64,000 nt of DNA from Octopus bimaculoides. Its lineage: Eukaryota. Below the pieces are notes generated by a model, which had not been told where the DNA came from, did not search any database, and saw only the letters and a list, made by a program, of their open reading frames with translations. Location: positions 48,737,124 through 48,801,123 of the forward strand of contig NC_068987.1 in NCBI RefSeq assembly GCF_001194135.2, written 5' to 3'. Both the position numbers and the translations under genes were made by a program. Below, piece by piece: positions 13,680 to 27,150 of the stretch; the first letter of the stretch is position 1; each line of letters opens with the position of its first letter.

Positions 13680-14150
13680 AGGGGTCCTTGAACACTTCCA
13701 TCAGAGATGTCTGAGAGACAGAGGTCTTGAGAAGAGCCCACATCCTAAGCATTGAGGGGATGGTGCACAAGCACTGTTTACATTGTTTGGATGCATGATT
13801 AGGGGATCCCTTAACAGATACTATATGACAAATTTGTCTGTGGAAAGCACTACCAGCAGAAACCAAGGCTATAATTTAAGGATTGTTTAAAGTCCTTTTT
13901 GAAAGCATGTGAAATTTGGGAGATGAATTGGAAAAGCAATGTTTGTTATTGCTATCAATGGAACAAGCAAGTAAAGGAAGGAATGGGTATTAAAAAGAAA
14001 TATGCATTTTTCATGCAGAATGTAAGCAAGCTGCTAGAAAATGCACTACCGATGTAGTGAATGGGGGAAGCTTTACCTACAATATCTGTGGACATACACA
14101 TTTATCAAGGGCTGGGCTCATTAGTCACCAGTGGAGCCACAAGTATGAAT
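13680..14150 (+). mobile_element. Old RTE-like LINE 3' remnant with a C-terminal C2H2-like finger
   Basis: Degenerate EVLRRAHILSIEGMVHK... and FTYNICGHTHLSRAGLISHQWSH, matching the F.C..C...SRxGL.SH.R.H C-terminus of RTE ORFs; many stops. Confidence 0.5.
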
Positions 14151-15295
14151 TTGTCTTGAGTGCACAATGTTATTAATAGTCAGTAATAATCTTCCTTGTG
14201 TGTGTGCATGCATGTGGTGTGGTGTGTGTGTATGTTAGTTCAGGTCATGCATACAATTTTTTTAGGCTTATCTCTGATTACTGTAGGATCAGAAGTGGGA
14301 TCAGAAAAATCTTTCCTTGGATAGATCAGTTTATCTTAGTAACCTTTCCCCACAACAAGAATTGTTTTACAGGAATATACTGAATCATTTGAGAGTTAGG
14401 CAAGTGTTTTGGCCGTGGACACACTACAGTATTAGTGACAGAATATAATCTTCTGACACCTTGTTTGTTTTTTCAAAGTTCTTTCAGCTCAGCTATTCAC
14501 ACTTTCCTTTTATAGATATAGATATCTTAGTAATTAATCACCTAATAAGACATTATGACAATTAGGCAAGTATCATGCAAAAATAAATCAGAATTTTTAA
14601 AAAAATAGAATTTTTAATCTTTGGTATCATTCTGCCCAAGGCAGCTTTTGGTTCTGTGGTACAAGCTTTCTGTTTTAAAGTGATCTAAGTCAAAATTTCA
14701 TGTTAATTTTTGATCTAAATAAGAGCTTAATAACAACAAAGTTATTTTACTACATTCTTCATTATTTCTGGAATGAATCGAAATAAAAAGTGTATTTCAA
14801 TAATGTGGTTACAAAAGGGTTAAAGGAATAGATACCCAAAATGTCATCTCAATAAGAATTGTAATTTAAGTTCAATATACACGTACAGAAGCAGTGCTTG
14901 GGCACATTGTCAGTGTTGTATCCTAGAGTCACTGGGTGCTTTGGGTCTTTCAACACACATCCTCATCCAGGTGATCCTGACCCATGTTGATCAATACTAA
15001 ATAGTATTTTACTGACCCCACCAATTACCCCTTTTCAGCCAGATCTATCTGGCTCCAATCGTCCGCTTAATAACAGTAAAGTTATTTTACTATAGTCTTC
15101 ATTATTTCTTAAATCAATTGAAACATACAGGGTATATTTCAATAGAAATATGGTAACAAAATGGTTAAAAGAATCCTCATCTTTCCCAGCATGGTCTTGA
15201 TAATGGTTGTAACTTACAATGTATTAAAAGAAGTCTTGTCTATTACAAGCATTTATTTATGCCTTTATAAATTTGTATTTCATTTCCTTTTTCAG

Positions 15296-15471
15296 TGGAT
15301 TCATTATGGTGTTTCTGCAATCCTTGTGCAGGAACAGTCGTCAACAATTCTTGCCTTGCAAAAGAAGGAAGCAAATGTTTCACTGCAATAGAAGAAAAAA
15401 TGGAAAACAATATAGCAGTTGATGTTTGGAGTTTTGGATGTTTGCCTCCACATGAAAGCACTGTCCTTCAG
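15296..15471 (+). CDS. BMPR1: BMP type I receptor, extracellular exon 1 (activin-receptor/three-finger fold, first 6 Cys)
   Basis: Acceptor catttcctttttcAG (ends 15295), donor GTgagt at 15472; 176 nt, phase 1 to 0. Encodes DSLWCFCNPCAGTVVNNSCLAKEGSKCFTAIEEKMENNIAVDVWSFGCLPPHESTVLQ. Confidence 0.92.
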
Positions 15472-15562
15472 GTGAGTTTATTTCCATTTTGTAATTTTTC
15501 AAAATATTCAAAGTTTTCAATAAAGATGTGTGCATGCCTTTGTTCATGTACACATGCACACG

Positions 15563-15608
<46 letters not shown>

Positions 15609-18269
15609 CACACTCACACACACACACACACACACACACACTGGCTGATTTCTTATTTTTTTTCCTCATGCTAACACCTAATGAATTGGCAAAGATCATC
15701 CTGATTAAAATTTTTATATAAGTCTTGATGCCTGACTGCTCAAGATGGGGTGAATTGGAGTTGTTTACCTGCTGTATCTTGGTGATACTAATGCATAAAT
15801 AAATACCCAGATGCCAGCCTCCTTTATGTTCTGTACTAACCATGTATCAGTCTCTCTCTTCTTGAATACCAATATCTAGCAGGAAAGAGAATATCTTCAA
15901 ATGTTATTTTTGCAACTTGGTTGCTCCTGTTATCTCCTGAGTGGAAGTTTACTTGATCCTAGAAACAACTCCCTTTGTACCTTGAAGGTCTACCCTGACA
16001 CTTCACTAATTTTATTTCATGTAGCTACAGTTACATGAGATGTAAAGATTATACGTGTAGCTACAGCTACAAGAAACTTGTTTTACTCTGGTCCCTGCTC
16101 ATACTTTTACTCCTCATCTCCTAGCATAAAGCCCACTCCCTCCTTGGGGTTCATGGTATTGCAAGCTGCATAGTGACCTCATTAGTGCTAGTAGCACAAA
16201 AAGGGCACCCAGTTCACACTGTAAAGTGTTTGGCATGACAGACAGGGTTTCTGAGTTTCTAGGTTATCCTTAATTTTTCTGTTAGTGTTTCAGTGAAGTT
16301 CTTTCGTATCTTCCTGGTGCCTGATAGCCTTTTCTCCACTGAAATACCAACCTTACAACCTTGAAATGGGCTGGCTGCTCATCTCTTGGCTCTACAAGTA
16401 GAAGTAAAGCTCTGTCAAAAGAATGATGCCATTGATGTTTGGTTTAACTGAAAATGTAGCAGACTTAATGATGTTCACAGATAGCTGAACTTGTCTGACA
16501 GAACTTTTAGATATTTATTATCATTATATTCATCGTTGTTGTTGTCATCATTATCATCATCTTTTTCCATGCATATCCTTACTGGTATGTGTTGGAAGGT
16601 TTGACAGGCTCTAATGGGTTTGAGGACTGCTTTGTGTTCCAGTGTTTACTTTGGCATGGTTTCAGTGGCTAGATCTCTTTCCTAATGGCAACCATTTTAC
16701 AGAGTGCACTGGGTGCTCTTTTCATACCACCAGCACTAGTGAGGCTGGCTTGTAACTTGCAAGCATAAGATTACCCCTGATTGAGTGGGACTGTAGTTGA
16801 GAGGGAGGTGGCTTTATGCTAAATGATAAGTGGTTAGAAGGGAACAGGTTTCTTACTGTGGAAGAGTTACATGACTACTCACATTAGTACTTAGATATGT
16901 TTCAACCAAAGATTGGCCTAGATCTGTTCAGCGCTGTACCCATATCAGTCTTATTCCCCTGATTTCATGATTTTCAGTTTCTGCGTTTTTTTGGTCCCAT
17001 CAGTTTTTTTGAATTGGCTGAAATACAGAGGATGGCCAAAAGCCTTCCCAGATTCATCATTCTTTATAAATGTTTCAAATGTCAATTACTCTGAAGAAAA
17101 TTGTTAAATAATGTTGTTCCAAGGGCCACAACACAGTGTTTTTTTCGAAAAGTTTTGTATTCATAAACTTCAAGGCAATAACTGGCATTTAAGCTTGCTT
17201 TTCTGCTGAATGAATTCTGCCATTTGACTGAAAACCACCAGCTGCTTGAAGTTTACTCCATTAAGCTTTGTTATTCTCTTCTCATATTTATATAAAGAAA
17301 TAATGTGAAAAAGCTTTTAATGATACATTGTACTGGAGTTGTTGGTATTTTCTGTTATTACATTTATAAAGTTATGAATAATACCTTTTATTGGCATTTA
17401 ATTTTGACAATGTTATTATTATATGTTTCTTTTTTTCTTTTTATTTGCTGTTACATTTGTCTTTGTCTATTACTTTCAATTCAAATGTGGTTGAGTACAA
17501 ATTGTTAGTAGAAATGTAGTTAAATGTTAATAATAATGATGACAATTAAGTGCTGTCGTCGTGTAGTGGTTAGATGTCTTTTGTTGTTGTTGTTGTTGCT
17601 CTTGGATGACTGTTAGCACTTGTTACTTAGGGACATTCATTGTTCTAGCTGCAGCTGTTATTTATTTTTTTTGTTTGTTTGTCGCACAGATTTGCAGGTA
17701 TTTGTCTCAAAGCAAGACTTAAAGTTTACAACAAGCATCTTAATGTAGATATTAATATCTTAAGTGATTCTACATAATAAGTCATGCAAGAAACTGCTAT
17801 GTACCTTTCCTGATTTGAACTGATGCTTGCAACTGAGCAAGTAAAAAAAATCAATTTGAAAATTACATTTCTGCTACAGGAAATAGAACAAAACTGAACG
17901 ATTTAAAAAAAAAAAATTTCTTCCTTAGTTAATTTTTATTTCTTTAAATGTAAATTTATTTAAATGGTTTCAAATAAAAAGATTATGCTAGTTATTGTTA
18001 TTCAAAATGGCTGCTGTCATTGTAAAATGTTTTATCATATTTCTTGGTGTGTACTGTATAAAGTAGGTGCAGTGTGGCTAAACGGTTAAGAAGTTCACTT
18101 TGCAACTCTGAGATCCTAGGCTCGATGCCACTGTATGATATCCTGGGCAAACGTAATTTTCTGTAACCTCAGGTCAATTGTCAATCCATGTCTTATGGAT
18201 GAAATTGTATGGAAGCCTGTAGGCAGGATAGTACCTGTAATTCAAAAAATTGCAGCCTTATTACACATA

Positions 18270-19496
18270 CAGGGGTTGGACAAAATAATGGAAACACCTT
18301 AAAATTTGAAACAAATTTATTTTAATATAGAGTAGGACCGCCTTTGGCAGTAATTACAGCTTGAATTCTACGAAGTATGGAGTCATACAAAGTTTGAATT
18401 GTTTCCAAAAGAATTTTTGTCCATTCTTCAGCTAAAACAGTCTTCAGTTCTTGTAGTAGTGATGGAGGATATCAACTCCTTACTTGTTTTTCTAAAATGC
18501 ACCATAAATGTTCAATAATATTGAGATCTGGGGACTGTGGTGGCCAGATAAGATGTTCAACTTCACTAGAATGTTCCTCGTGCCATTCAGTAACAACTTT
18601 AGCTGTGTGAATTGGTGCATTATCATCCTGAAAGATTGCGTTTCCATCCAGAAACAGTTCTGCAACCATAGGATGAATTTGATCAGGCTATTAATTCTGC
18701 CATGAAGGNNNNNNNNNNNNNNNNNNNNNNNNNNNNNNNNNNNNNNNNNNNNNNNNNNNNNNNNNNNNNNNNNNNNNNNNNNNNNNNNNNNNNNNNNNNN
18801 NNNNNNNNNNNNNNNNNNNNNNNNNNNNNNNNNNNNNNNNNNNNNNNNNNNNNNNNNNNNNNNNNNNNNNNNNNNNNNNNNNNNNNNNNNNNNNNNNNNN
18901 NNNNNNNNNNNNNNNNNNNNNNNNNNNNNNNNNNNNNNNNNNNNNNNNNNNNNNNNNNNNNNNNNNNNNNNNNNNNNNNNNNNNNNNNNNNNNNNNNNNN
19001 NNNNNNNNNNNNNNNNNNNNNNNNNNNNNNNNNNNNNNNNNNNNNNNNNNNNNNNNNNNAGAAATGAGGTAAAGGATGACTCGTCCAAGAAAATAACATT
19101 CTTCCACTGCTCTAGGAACCAATTCTGTAGGTTTTTACTCCACTCTAAACGCTTTGCAATGTTTGTTTTTGAAAGTAGTGGTTTTCTGATTGCAGCCCTC
19201 CCATGAAATCCAGCTTTGTGCAGCTCCTGGCGAACAGTTTTTATGGAAACTGTTTTCTTGAGGTGGTCATTAAGCTCTGCAGTAATTTTGGGAGCTGTAC
19301 TTTTGTGATCTTTTCTAACAATTCACGTAAGAGTCTGACGGTCCGGATTTAAAAGTTTTGGTTTTCTTCTGGAGTTTTGTTTCGATGAGGTTTTTCCCTC
19401 TTTCTCAAAGGCTGTCATTACTTTCAAGACAGTACTTTTTGATACACCAAACATTTCAGCTGTTTTCATTATGCTAGTGCCTGCCATACGAGCACC
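18270..19496 (-). mobile_element. Tc1-like (DD34E) transposon, 5'-truncated, N gap 18709-19059
   Basis: TA followed by TIR CAGGGGTTGGACAAAATAATGGAAACACC. Minus strand encodes FQDDNAPIHTAK...WPPQSPDLNIIEHLW and, upstream, GARMAG...TVRQELHKAGFHGRAAIRKPLL...VIFLDES. Confidence 0.92.
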
Positions 19497-20673
19497 TCTT
19501 GTCTGCTATACCTCCAAAATGTCACTACCCAGCACATCCAAAAGGTTAAAAATAGATTAGCTAGATTCTTCCGGAGAATGGGTTTTGGCATCGTATTTGA
19601 GGATGAGGTCTCCGTAGCCAACTTCCTAGATGTAACTTTAGACTTACATAGCAACACACATTTTCCATTCCATAAACTATCAACGAATCTTAGGTACATA
19701 AGCCCTTTTAGTAACCATCCAAGGTCTATCATCAGTAATTTAGTTAAGAGTATTTCACTCTGACTTTCTAAACTTTCCTCTAACTCCCACATTTTCTATA
19801 AAGAGGCTGACTTTTATAATTCAGCCTTATTGAAGCCAGGTTACAAAGACAAGGTAAGATACATCAATTCATTTAGTGATCTTTCATCTTTTGTACAGCA
19901 GGATATTACCACTAATAGCAGGGATAAACTCAATTCTATTTCTTCCTTCTTCTCACTTAACTGAGAAAGAGGCACTTACTTATAATCATTGACATGAAAG
20001 AGGAGGCTTAACTGGTTCTAAACACCTTAATAAAAACAAAAAACTTAATTTATTTAGCAATACTAACACTGCACCTAGATCTGATGACAACATGTGGTTC
20101 ATCTTCCCATTTGGGAAACAAGTTAAATCCGATTTGGTTTTGCAGTTCCACGAAGCGGTGAATAGGAACTTTCCTAGGAGTTCTCACTATTACCCAATCA
20201 TCAACACACATAAGGTTAGATTTGAGTTTTCTAATACAAAAAATATGTTACAAATAATTTCTTCCCATAATTTTAGACTTTTAGATTCACCTCTAGTCAG
20301 CCATACCCATTATGATGATAATAATAGTAATAATAATAATAACAATTACTCCAGTAATACAACACACTCCTATGGTAGCAATGGTTATTTAGATAAAAAT
20401 ATAGGTAATAAGTACAACATTAGTAAATATAACAATAACTATCACAACGATAAGATTAGTATCTCGGAATCTAATTGTAATAGAATCAAGTTTTTGAGTG
20501 TGAACTCTAGGACCAGAAATGTGGTTTATCAATGTAAGGTAACGACTAACACAGAGGTCTCGCATTACATTGGTTGCTCTTCATCGCAGGTCTCTAAGAG
20601 AATCTCTAATCATTTCTCATCCGGTCTTAGTAAGTTAATCTGGAAACTTAAGGACTGCAACACACACATATGA
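19497..20673 (+). mobile_element. Penelope-like element fragment (RT thumb, linker, GIY-YIG endonuclease)
   Basis: ANFLDVTLDL...SNHPRSIISNLVKSISL*LSKLSS; WFIFPFGKQVK...SNTKNMLQIISSHN; NVVYQCKVTT...HYIGCSS...LSKLIWKLKD. Contains stops and a decayed linker. Confidence 0.88.
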
Positions 20674-21239
20674 CAGGTTTCATTAACTTTCTGTCAACAA
20701 AATGTACTCAGAAAGCTTTGCTTGGCCAAGGACTATGGTAGAAGATAATTGCCCAATGTGCCACGCAGTATGACTGATCTAAAAGCGTGTTGTTCGAAAG
20801 TAGACTTCTTAACCACATAGCCATGCCTGTGCTTACGTAATTATGTGCTCTGAGTATCTATATACACATATGCACAACAAGATGTATAAATTAAAGATAA
20901 ATTGTAGAAGAAAATGGAAAAATAATAATAATAAATGACATTGTTTTTCTGTGTAATAGGTTGTGAACTATTGGCAAGAAATTGCTAGACCTGTAGAAAT
21001 TAATTCCTTATAGAATTATGATCAGTTCTTTGTGTGTAATTAGAAAGTGTAGCCCTCAAGCTATATTGGGAATTAGATGAAAACTTACAAATGTTCACTG
21101 CAATTAAAACAGTTTGTAGGTGTTGTAGTTTACAGAGACTTCTGTTAACATGTAATGTTAATAAATACTGTGATTGGTTTTCAATTGGACAAAATGCCTT
21201 GCAGTCTTTAATCAACTCCAGTTATGAACAGGGTTGATT

Positions 21240-22870
21240 AAATTGGTTATGCCCTCTTCTAAAATTTGTGGTCACATACCTATGATAGAAGTTATTATTA
21301 TTATAGAAGGATGTGAGCTAGTAGAACTGTTAGCATGTCGAACAAAATGCTTAGCAGCATTTTGTCTGTCTCTCTGTTCTGAGTTCAAATTCCACTGAGG
21401 TCAACTTTGCCTTTCATCTCTCCATGGTTGATAAAATAAAGTACCAGTCAAGCATTCAACTTGCTTCCACCCTTCAAAACTGCTGGCCTTGTGCCTAGGT
21501 TAGAAAACATTACCATTATTAAGAAAACAATTGAGAAAAATGGTATATGCCAGACTAGATGCTGTATAGTATTGAGTATGCTCTGGGTCAAATTCTGATT
21601 TTTCACTTCATTCAGGTCAACTTCGCCTTCCATCCCTTCTAAGTTGGGTGAAACAGTTACTCATTATTTATTAGGCTTAATTTAATTTATTATACCCCTT
21701 TCCTGAAATTTGTGGACCTGTGCTGTACTTAGAAATAATTTTTCTTGTTAGTATGGTAGACTAGCAGAAGTGGTATAGTGTAATAAGAGTGCTTAGGCTT
21801 GCCATTCTACATTTTGTGTTGAAATGAGATTGAGGTTGGCTTTGGTTCCATCCCTCTCAGATTAATAAAATATCAACCAATAACTGATGGAGTTGATTCA
21901 ATTTAATACACTTCTTCCTTGAGCTGGCAGAATTGTTAGCATGTCAGACAAAATTCTTAGTAACATTTCTTCTGGCTTTCTTCTGTTTTGAGTTCAACTT
22001 TACCATTCATCCTTCCAGGGGTCAATAAGATATAATACCAGCAAAGTCTTGTGATCAATGGTATTGACTAACTCTTTCCTCCTAAAATTTCTGGCCATGT
22101 GCCAAAATTTGGAACTGAGGTCAGAATCATAAGCACATTGGAGAAAAAGGCTTAGCTGCATTTCTTCTGCTTCTTTACATTCTGAGATCAAATGCTGGCA
22201 AGGTTGACACACCTGTCATTATTTCAGAGTCAATAAAATAAATACCAGTTGAGCACTGGAGTTGATATAATTTTTTTGGATATAGGATTTGGTGCAGGAT
22301 TCTGGTCAACAACCTGCATAGCAGCAATTGTGCTTCTACTGAAGGCTAGAGCCTTGCTTAGTTTAAAATAAATGTTGTTTCAGATTTAGTGTTTGAGTGG
22401 GGGAGGGATGCATGTAGGCATGAAAGAAAGCAAAGCAATTATTAGTGGCTTCATAGATTCATGTGTGTATAACATGACATGATTAACTTAAAAAACAGGG
22501 ATATAAAAAAATTAGAAGTAATTTTTTAATCTAATTTCTTGGACAATCACTATAAAGCTCTAAAGAAACCATTAGCACTAATCAAGAGTTTTTTTTTTTT
22601 TTGTCATAGAGTTTGTAAATATATTTGTTGAATTAATATTATTTGTCAAGGCAGTGAGTAGGCAGAATCGTTAGCATGTTGAGCAAAATGCTTAGTGACA
22701 TTTCATCCATCATTATATTCTGAGCTCAATTTCTGCCGAGGTTGACTTTGCCTTTCATCCTTTTGGAGTTGATAAAATAAGTACAAGTTGAGTACTGACA
22801 ATGCTGTAACTGACAATCTCCTTCCCCTGAAGTTGCTGACCATGTGCCAAAATTTGAAAGCAATATTATT
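21240..22870 (+). repeat. Cluster of about 6 family-B SINE copies
   Basis: Recurrent gcagaa...ttagcatg...aaaatgcttag...ctgagttcaa...ctttcatcc...gataaaataagtaccag units. Confidence 0.75.
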
Positions 22871-23637
22871 ATTTACACAGTCTGAAAGTATTTGTAGAAA
22901 ATTTCATAAATAAAGTACCTGTTTTTCTGAAAGTTACAGGGGAACAAAGTCAGCTCGTATGATGTTTCCAAACCTCCTCTCCTCAACCGCAGAAAAGTTT
23001 TTTTTTTATTACAGCAAATTCGGAATCTATACCATCTGAAGCGTATTTGTGGAAAATTTCATTAAAAAATAACCATTTTTTTCTGGAAGTTATGAGGAAA
23101 GAATGTCATCCTATCTACATTTATGTGCAGAGAAAAACTGAGCACATCTCGTGCACATTATTGACACCCATTTGATGCATACTGAACGAAAGAAGTGTAT
23201 TGTTTGCTTATATAAAACATGGAGTTATATAATGAAATATCTTTACATACAAAATGAGAGAGAAGTGAAGCAAGGCGATATGAAGATAAATGATAGCAAT
23301 ATAATCTTAGCATTATTTAAGCTAAAGCAATGGGTGTCTATACACAAATGTGCCACATCGATTTTGTTTCCTCATAACTTCTAGAAAAATGGGTATTTTA
23401 AAATGAAATTTTCTACAAATACACTTCAAATGGTGAAGATTCCGATTATATCGGAATGAAAGAACTTTCTGGTTACGGGAGAGGAGTTCCAGAAAATTTA
23501 CGCGCATCGGCTTTGGTTCCTGATAACTTTTGGAGTTGATAAAATAAGTACAAGTTGAGTACTGACAATGCTGTAACTGACAATCTCCTTCCCCTGAAGT
23601 TGCTGACCATGTGCCAAAATTTGAAAGCAATATTATT
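22760..23637. repeat. Identical 111-bp direct repeats (22760-22870 and 23527-23637) flanking a foldback element
   Basis: CTTTTGGAGTTGATAAAATAAG...TTTGAAAGCAATATTATT is identical in both copies, with no N gap between them. Confidence 0.92.
22871..23526. mobile_element. MITE/foldback element with long inverted arms and a truncated right end
   Basis: About 22965-23105 is the reverse complement of about 23355-23495; 23508-23527 matches the left subterminal repeat in reverse. Confidence 0.7.
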
Positions 23638-24009
23638 TATCAACAGTAATGAGCTAAAAATGTTGAAACCTGACATATTGCTTGACTACGTTAATCTGAA
23701 GTAAACCATCCATCCTCTCACACACACACACATCTCGGGTTCATTCCCACTGCATCACACCTTGAATAAGTGTTTTTTACTATAGCACCTGGAATATCAA
23801 TGCTTTGTGAGTGGATTTTGTAACTGAAAGAAACCCATTGTGTGTGTAAATGAGCATCAATGACATACAGATGATGTTGTTTTTTCTCAGTCTGCCATGG
23901 AAAACATGTCTGGCCATGGAGGAAATATTACTCTACTTGGAAATGTGGAAATGTATTTGTGTTATTTGGAAGTTGAGCCTCATAGAAGATGAAAAATGAT
24001 CAAGATGAT

Positions 24010-24850
24010 TGGTGATTTGCTGTGCTTGAGAAGACCCAGCCCTCTGTGCCAGTAAAAGCATATTGCTTATGTCTATGCCCTTGCACCAAATCTGCCCCTG
24101 ACAAATCTCTCTACCACTCTCCCACTCAGGAACTGCTTCCTTTTCCCCATACATTCTCAGTATAATCCCTTTCCCCCTTATTTTCCACTGAACATCCCCT
24201 TCCACCTCTTCTTTTTCCCCTGATATTGCCTTTCGTTTTGCCAATGTGTAAGCTTTCCTCTATTACTTTGGTTCATCTATTATTTCCATCCTCCACGCAC
24301 TTCACATCATCTGTGCTGCCACCTGTTGCCTCCCTGACCCACTCTTTATTCCTCCACCTAACCCTCCAGTTGATATTCATGATTGACCACACCTCCACCT
24401 GTGTTCACTTCTCCATTTCTTTCTATCCATCTGCCACTTTCCTCTCACACTCATACAAACTTACCCACCCACTCCACTTATATTCACCTTCCTGTAACTT
24501 GAGGATGCTCCCTGACACATCTTTATCACCATCTTACTTTTCCAAGTGAAGTAAGCATAGATCCCCCGACAGCAAGGTACCTGTTCCTGTCTGTCTTTTA
24601 TATTTTAGCCTCTCATCACCTGAGACTCATATTGAAGACTCTTGTCAGCTGAGTTACTTGGTGACCTCACTAGTGCTGGTGCCATGTAAAGAGCACTCAG
24701 TACACTCTGTGAAGTGGTTGGCATTAAGGACATTCAGCTGTAGAAACCATGCCAAAGCAAACATTAGAGTTTGGTGCAGTCCAATGGCTTGCCAGCTCCT
24801 CTGTTGAACCATCCATGCCAGTATGGGAAATGGACGTTAAATAATAATGA
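24010..24850 (+). mobile_element. RTE-related 3' fragment with a long pyrimidine-rich UTR
   Basis: Starts at the ORF end (gctgtgcttgagaagacc) and ends with the family 3' terminus (ccatccatgccagtatgggaaatggacgttaaataataatgat). Related partial copies lie near 16080-16260, 16560-16880, 27945-28330, 52230-52520 and 53440-53720. Confidence 0.6.
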
Positions 24851-24909
24851 TTTCTCTTTCTCCCCCCCCCCCCNNNNNNNNNNNNNNNNNNNNNNNNNNN
24901 NNNNNNNNN

Positions 24910-24945
<36 letters not shown>

Positions 24946-25615
24946 TCATTGTTTTACTGTCTACTTCTCCATACAGAGTACATTGGGGCAGAGTTTTCTA
25001 CAGCCTGAAGCCTTTCCTGTTCCCAGCCCCACTTAATTTCCAAGTGAGGTAATAATCTGCCTGTCTAGCAAACAACAAACAATTCAGACATGTTTACATG
25101 GAGATCTAAAAACAAACTACACCATATGAAAAAGTCTTTATTTTATAAAGATCAAACAATGTTGAGACATGTCAACAAGCATGGACATGATTTTATGATA
25201 GATTGCAAGCAAACAATACTGTTCACAAAGCCACAGTGAGCAAAACACATGTAGATGAGGAAATATTCTCTCTCTATATATATATATCACACAGAGAGAG
25301 AGAGAGACAAACAGACAGATGCTCCTTTCAGTTTCTAAATACCAGATTCACTCACATGGCTTTGGTCAGTCAGGAGCTATAGTTGAAGGCACTTGCTGTC
25401 TTTAATTAATTGTGTACAGACCATACTGAGCTGACAAGAACAGTCATTTTATGTTATCATTGACAATATTACGGGCTTCTGTTTCTTAATCAACAATTAG
25501 AATTAATCAAGATTTTCCTCTGCTTTTTTCATTTCATTTAATTTTTCATCCTGTTATTTATTAATTTCCTTTCCTTTGCAATACATACATATGCATGCAT
25601 GCACGGGCACACACA

Positions 25616-25657
<42 letters not shown>

Positions 25658-26080
25658 NNNNNNNNNNNNNNNNNNNNNNNNNNNNNNNNNNNNNNNNNNN
25701 NNNNNNNNNNNNNNNNNNNNNNNNNNNNNNNNNNNNNNNNNNNNNNNNNNNNNNNNNNNNNNNNNNNNNNNNNNNNNNNNNNNNNNNNNNNNNNNNNNNN
25801 NNNGATATTGTGTGCGTGCGCGTGCGTGTGTGCGTGCATGAGAGAGAGAGAGAGAGGGGGAGAATACTCTTTCTACTATTGGCACAAGGCCTGAAATTTT
25901 AGGGGAGGGGACTAGTCAATTACATCAACCCCAGTGATCAACTGGTACTTATTTCATTGACCCTGAAAGGATGAAAGGCAAAGTCCACCTCAGCAAAATT
26001 TCCATTCAGAATGTAAGGACAGATGAAATGCCACTAAGCATTTTGTCCAGAGTGCTTATGAATCTGCCAGCTTGCTACCT

Positions 26081-26124
<44 letters not shown>

Positions 26125-26539
26125 ATAATTGGCAGTATGTCTACCTCTCTGTTGGCTTGTCCCCTCAAGGGAAATAACTCTAATATTGTTGGATTCATTT
26201 CCTTGCATGCCACACACACGTGTGTGTGTATATATAAATATAATGGTGTTACTTACATGGAAGTTATGTTTGAGATGAATTTCTGATTGCCAGTTGAATC
26301 TTTTTAACTCTTTTTTGCACTCTACTATGTGGTTAGGATGGTTAACATCTCTCATCAGACATGTATTCTAAACACTTAAAATAATGACACAAGCCTAACT
26401 CAGTGTTTGACAATAATGGTGTGTTTCATATAATTATGTATATGTATCTTTGACTCTGTGTTTACATGTATGCATGTTTGACTGTGTATGTAGGTGTTTA
26501 TGTATTTATATATGTATTTTATGTTATTTATATATTCAG

Positions 26540-26660
26540 TGTAAAGGGGATTTGGTTCCTCATGTTACCCCTCAGACTGTAGCATGTTGTGATGGGGAAG
26601 ATTACTGCAATAGAGATTTGAAGCCCACATTCATAGAACGGAGTACAACTCCAATTCCTG
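26540..26660 (+). CDS. BMPR1: BMP type I receptor, extracellular exon 2 (Cys knot CCx5CN)
   Basis: ttcAG acceptor, GTaagt donor; 121 nt, phase 0 to 1. Encodes CKGDLVPHVTPQTVACCDGEDYCNRDLKPTFIERSTTPIP and completes the 10-Cys ectodomain in frame with the previous exon. Confidence 0.95.
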
Positions 26661-26869
26661 GTAAGTATACACTTTTTCATTTCTTGACTGATTTTTGCTG
26701 ATCAATATTTTTCTCTGTGGTTGATGTACACATGAATATTGTAATACATCCATGATGGTGCAAATCTATTCAAAACCTCATAGCTAATTAGCCAATGAGT
26801 GAGCTTCTAAGTGGTTGGCCAACCTGTTAAAAATAATAGCACCGTAATGCACAATTTAATGAACTTACC

Positions 26870-27150
26870 TTGTTTTGCTTACTCCCATCCTCATTGCTGT
26901 GAGTCAGAAACCATGGATGCATACACCATTTCTCTCCATTGATTCTTACTACTGGTCCTGGTTGTGCACTTAACCACAGGTCTTCCAGTCCATTCATTGA
27001 TGTCACCTCTTCCTCAATTCTCATTGGCTCTTCCCTTTAACATGTGGGTGCTGAGGACATGCCCAAAATTCTACAGGTTTCTCTTCCTGTCAATTACCAT
27101 AAATGAACTAATCAGTCAGTGTTTATTGTTGTTACACAGCTCTGTTCTTG
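26870..27150 (-). mobile_element. Degenerate RTE/BovB-like LINE C-terminal remnant
   Basis: Minus strand resembles the FGHV...INEWTG...WREMV ending of RTE ORFs. Confidence 0.45.

Noticed and set aside
1-15295. Signal-peptide (first coding) exon of the receptor
   Set aside because: No ATG plus hydrophobic stretch ending at a phase-1 GT donor was found by eye; it may lie upstream of the window or in a gap.
16900-17270. Coding-like composition on the minus strand
   Set aside because: Stops in all frames and no motif I could assign.
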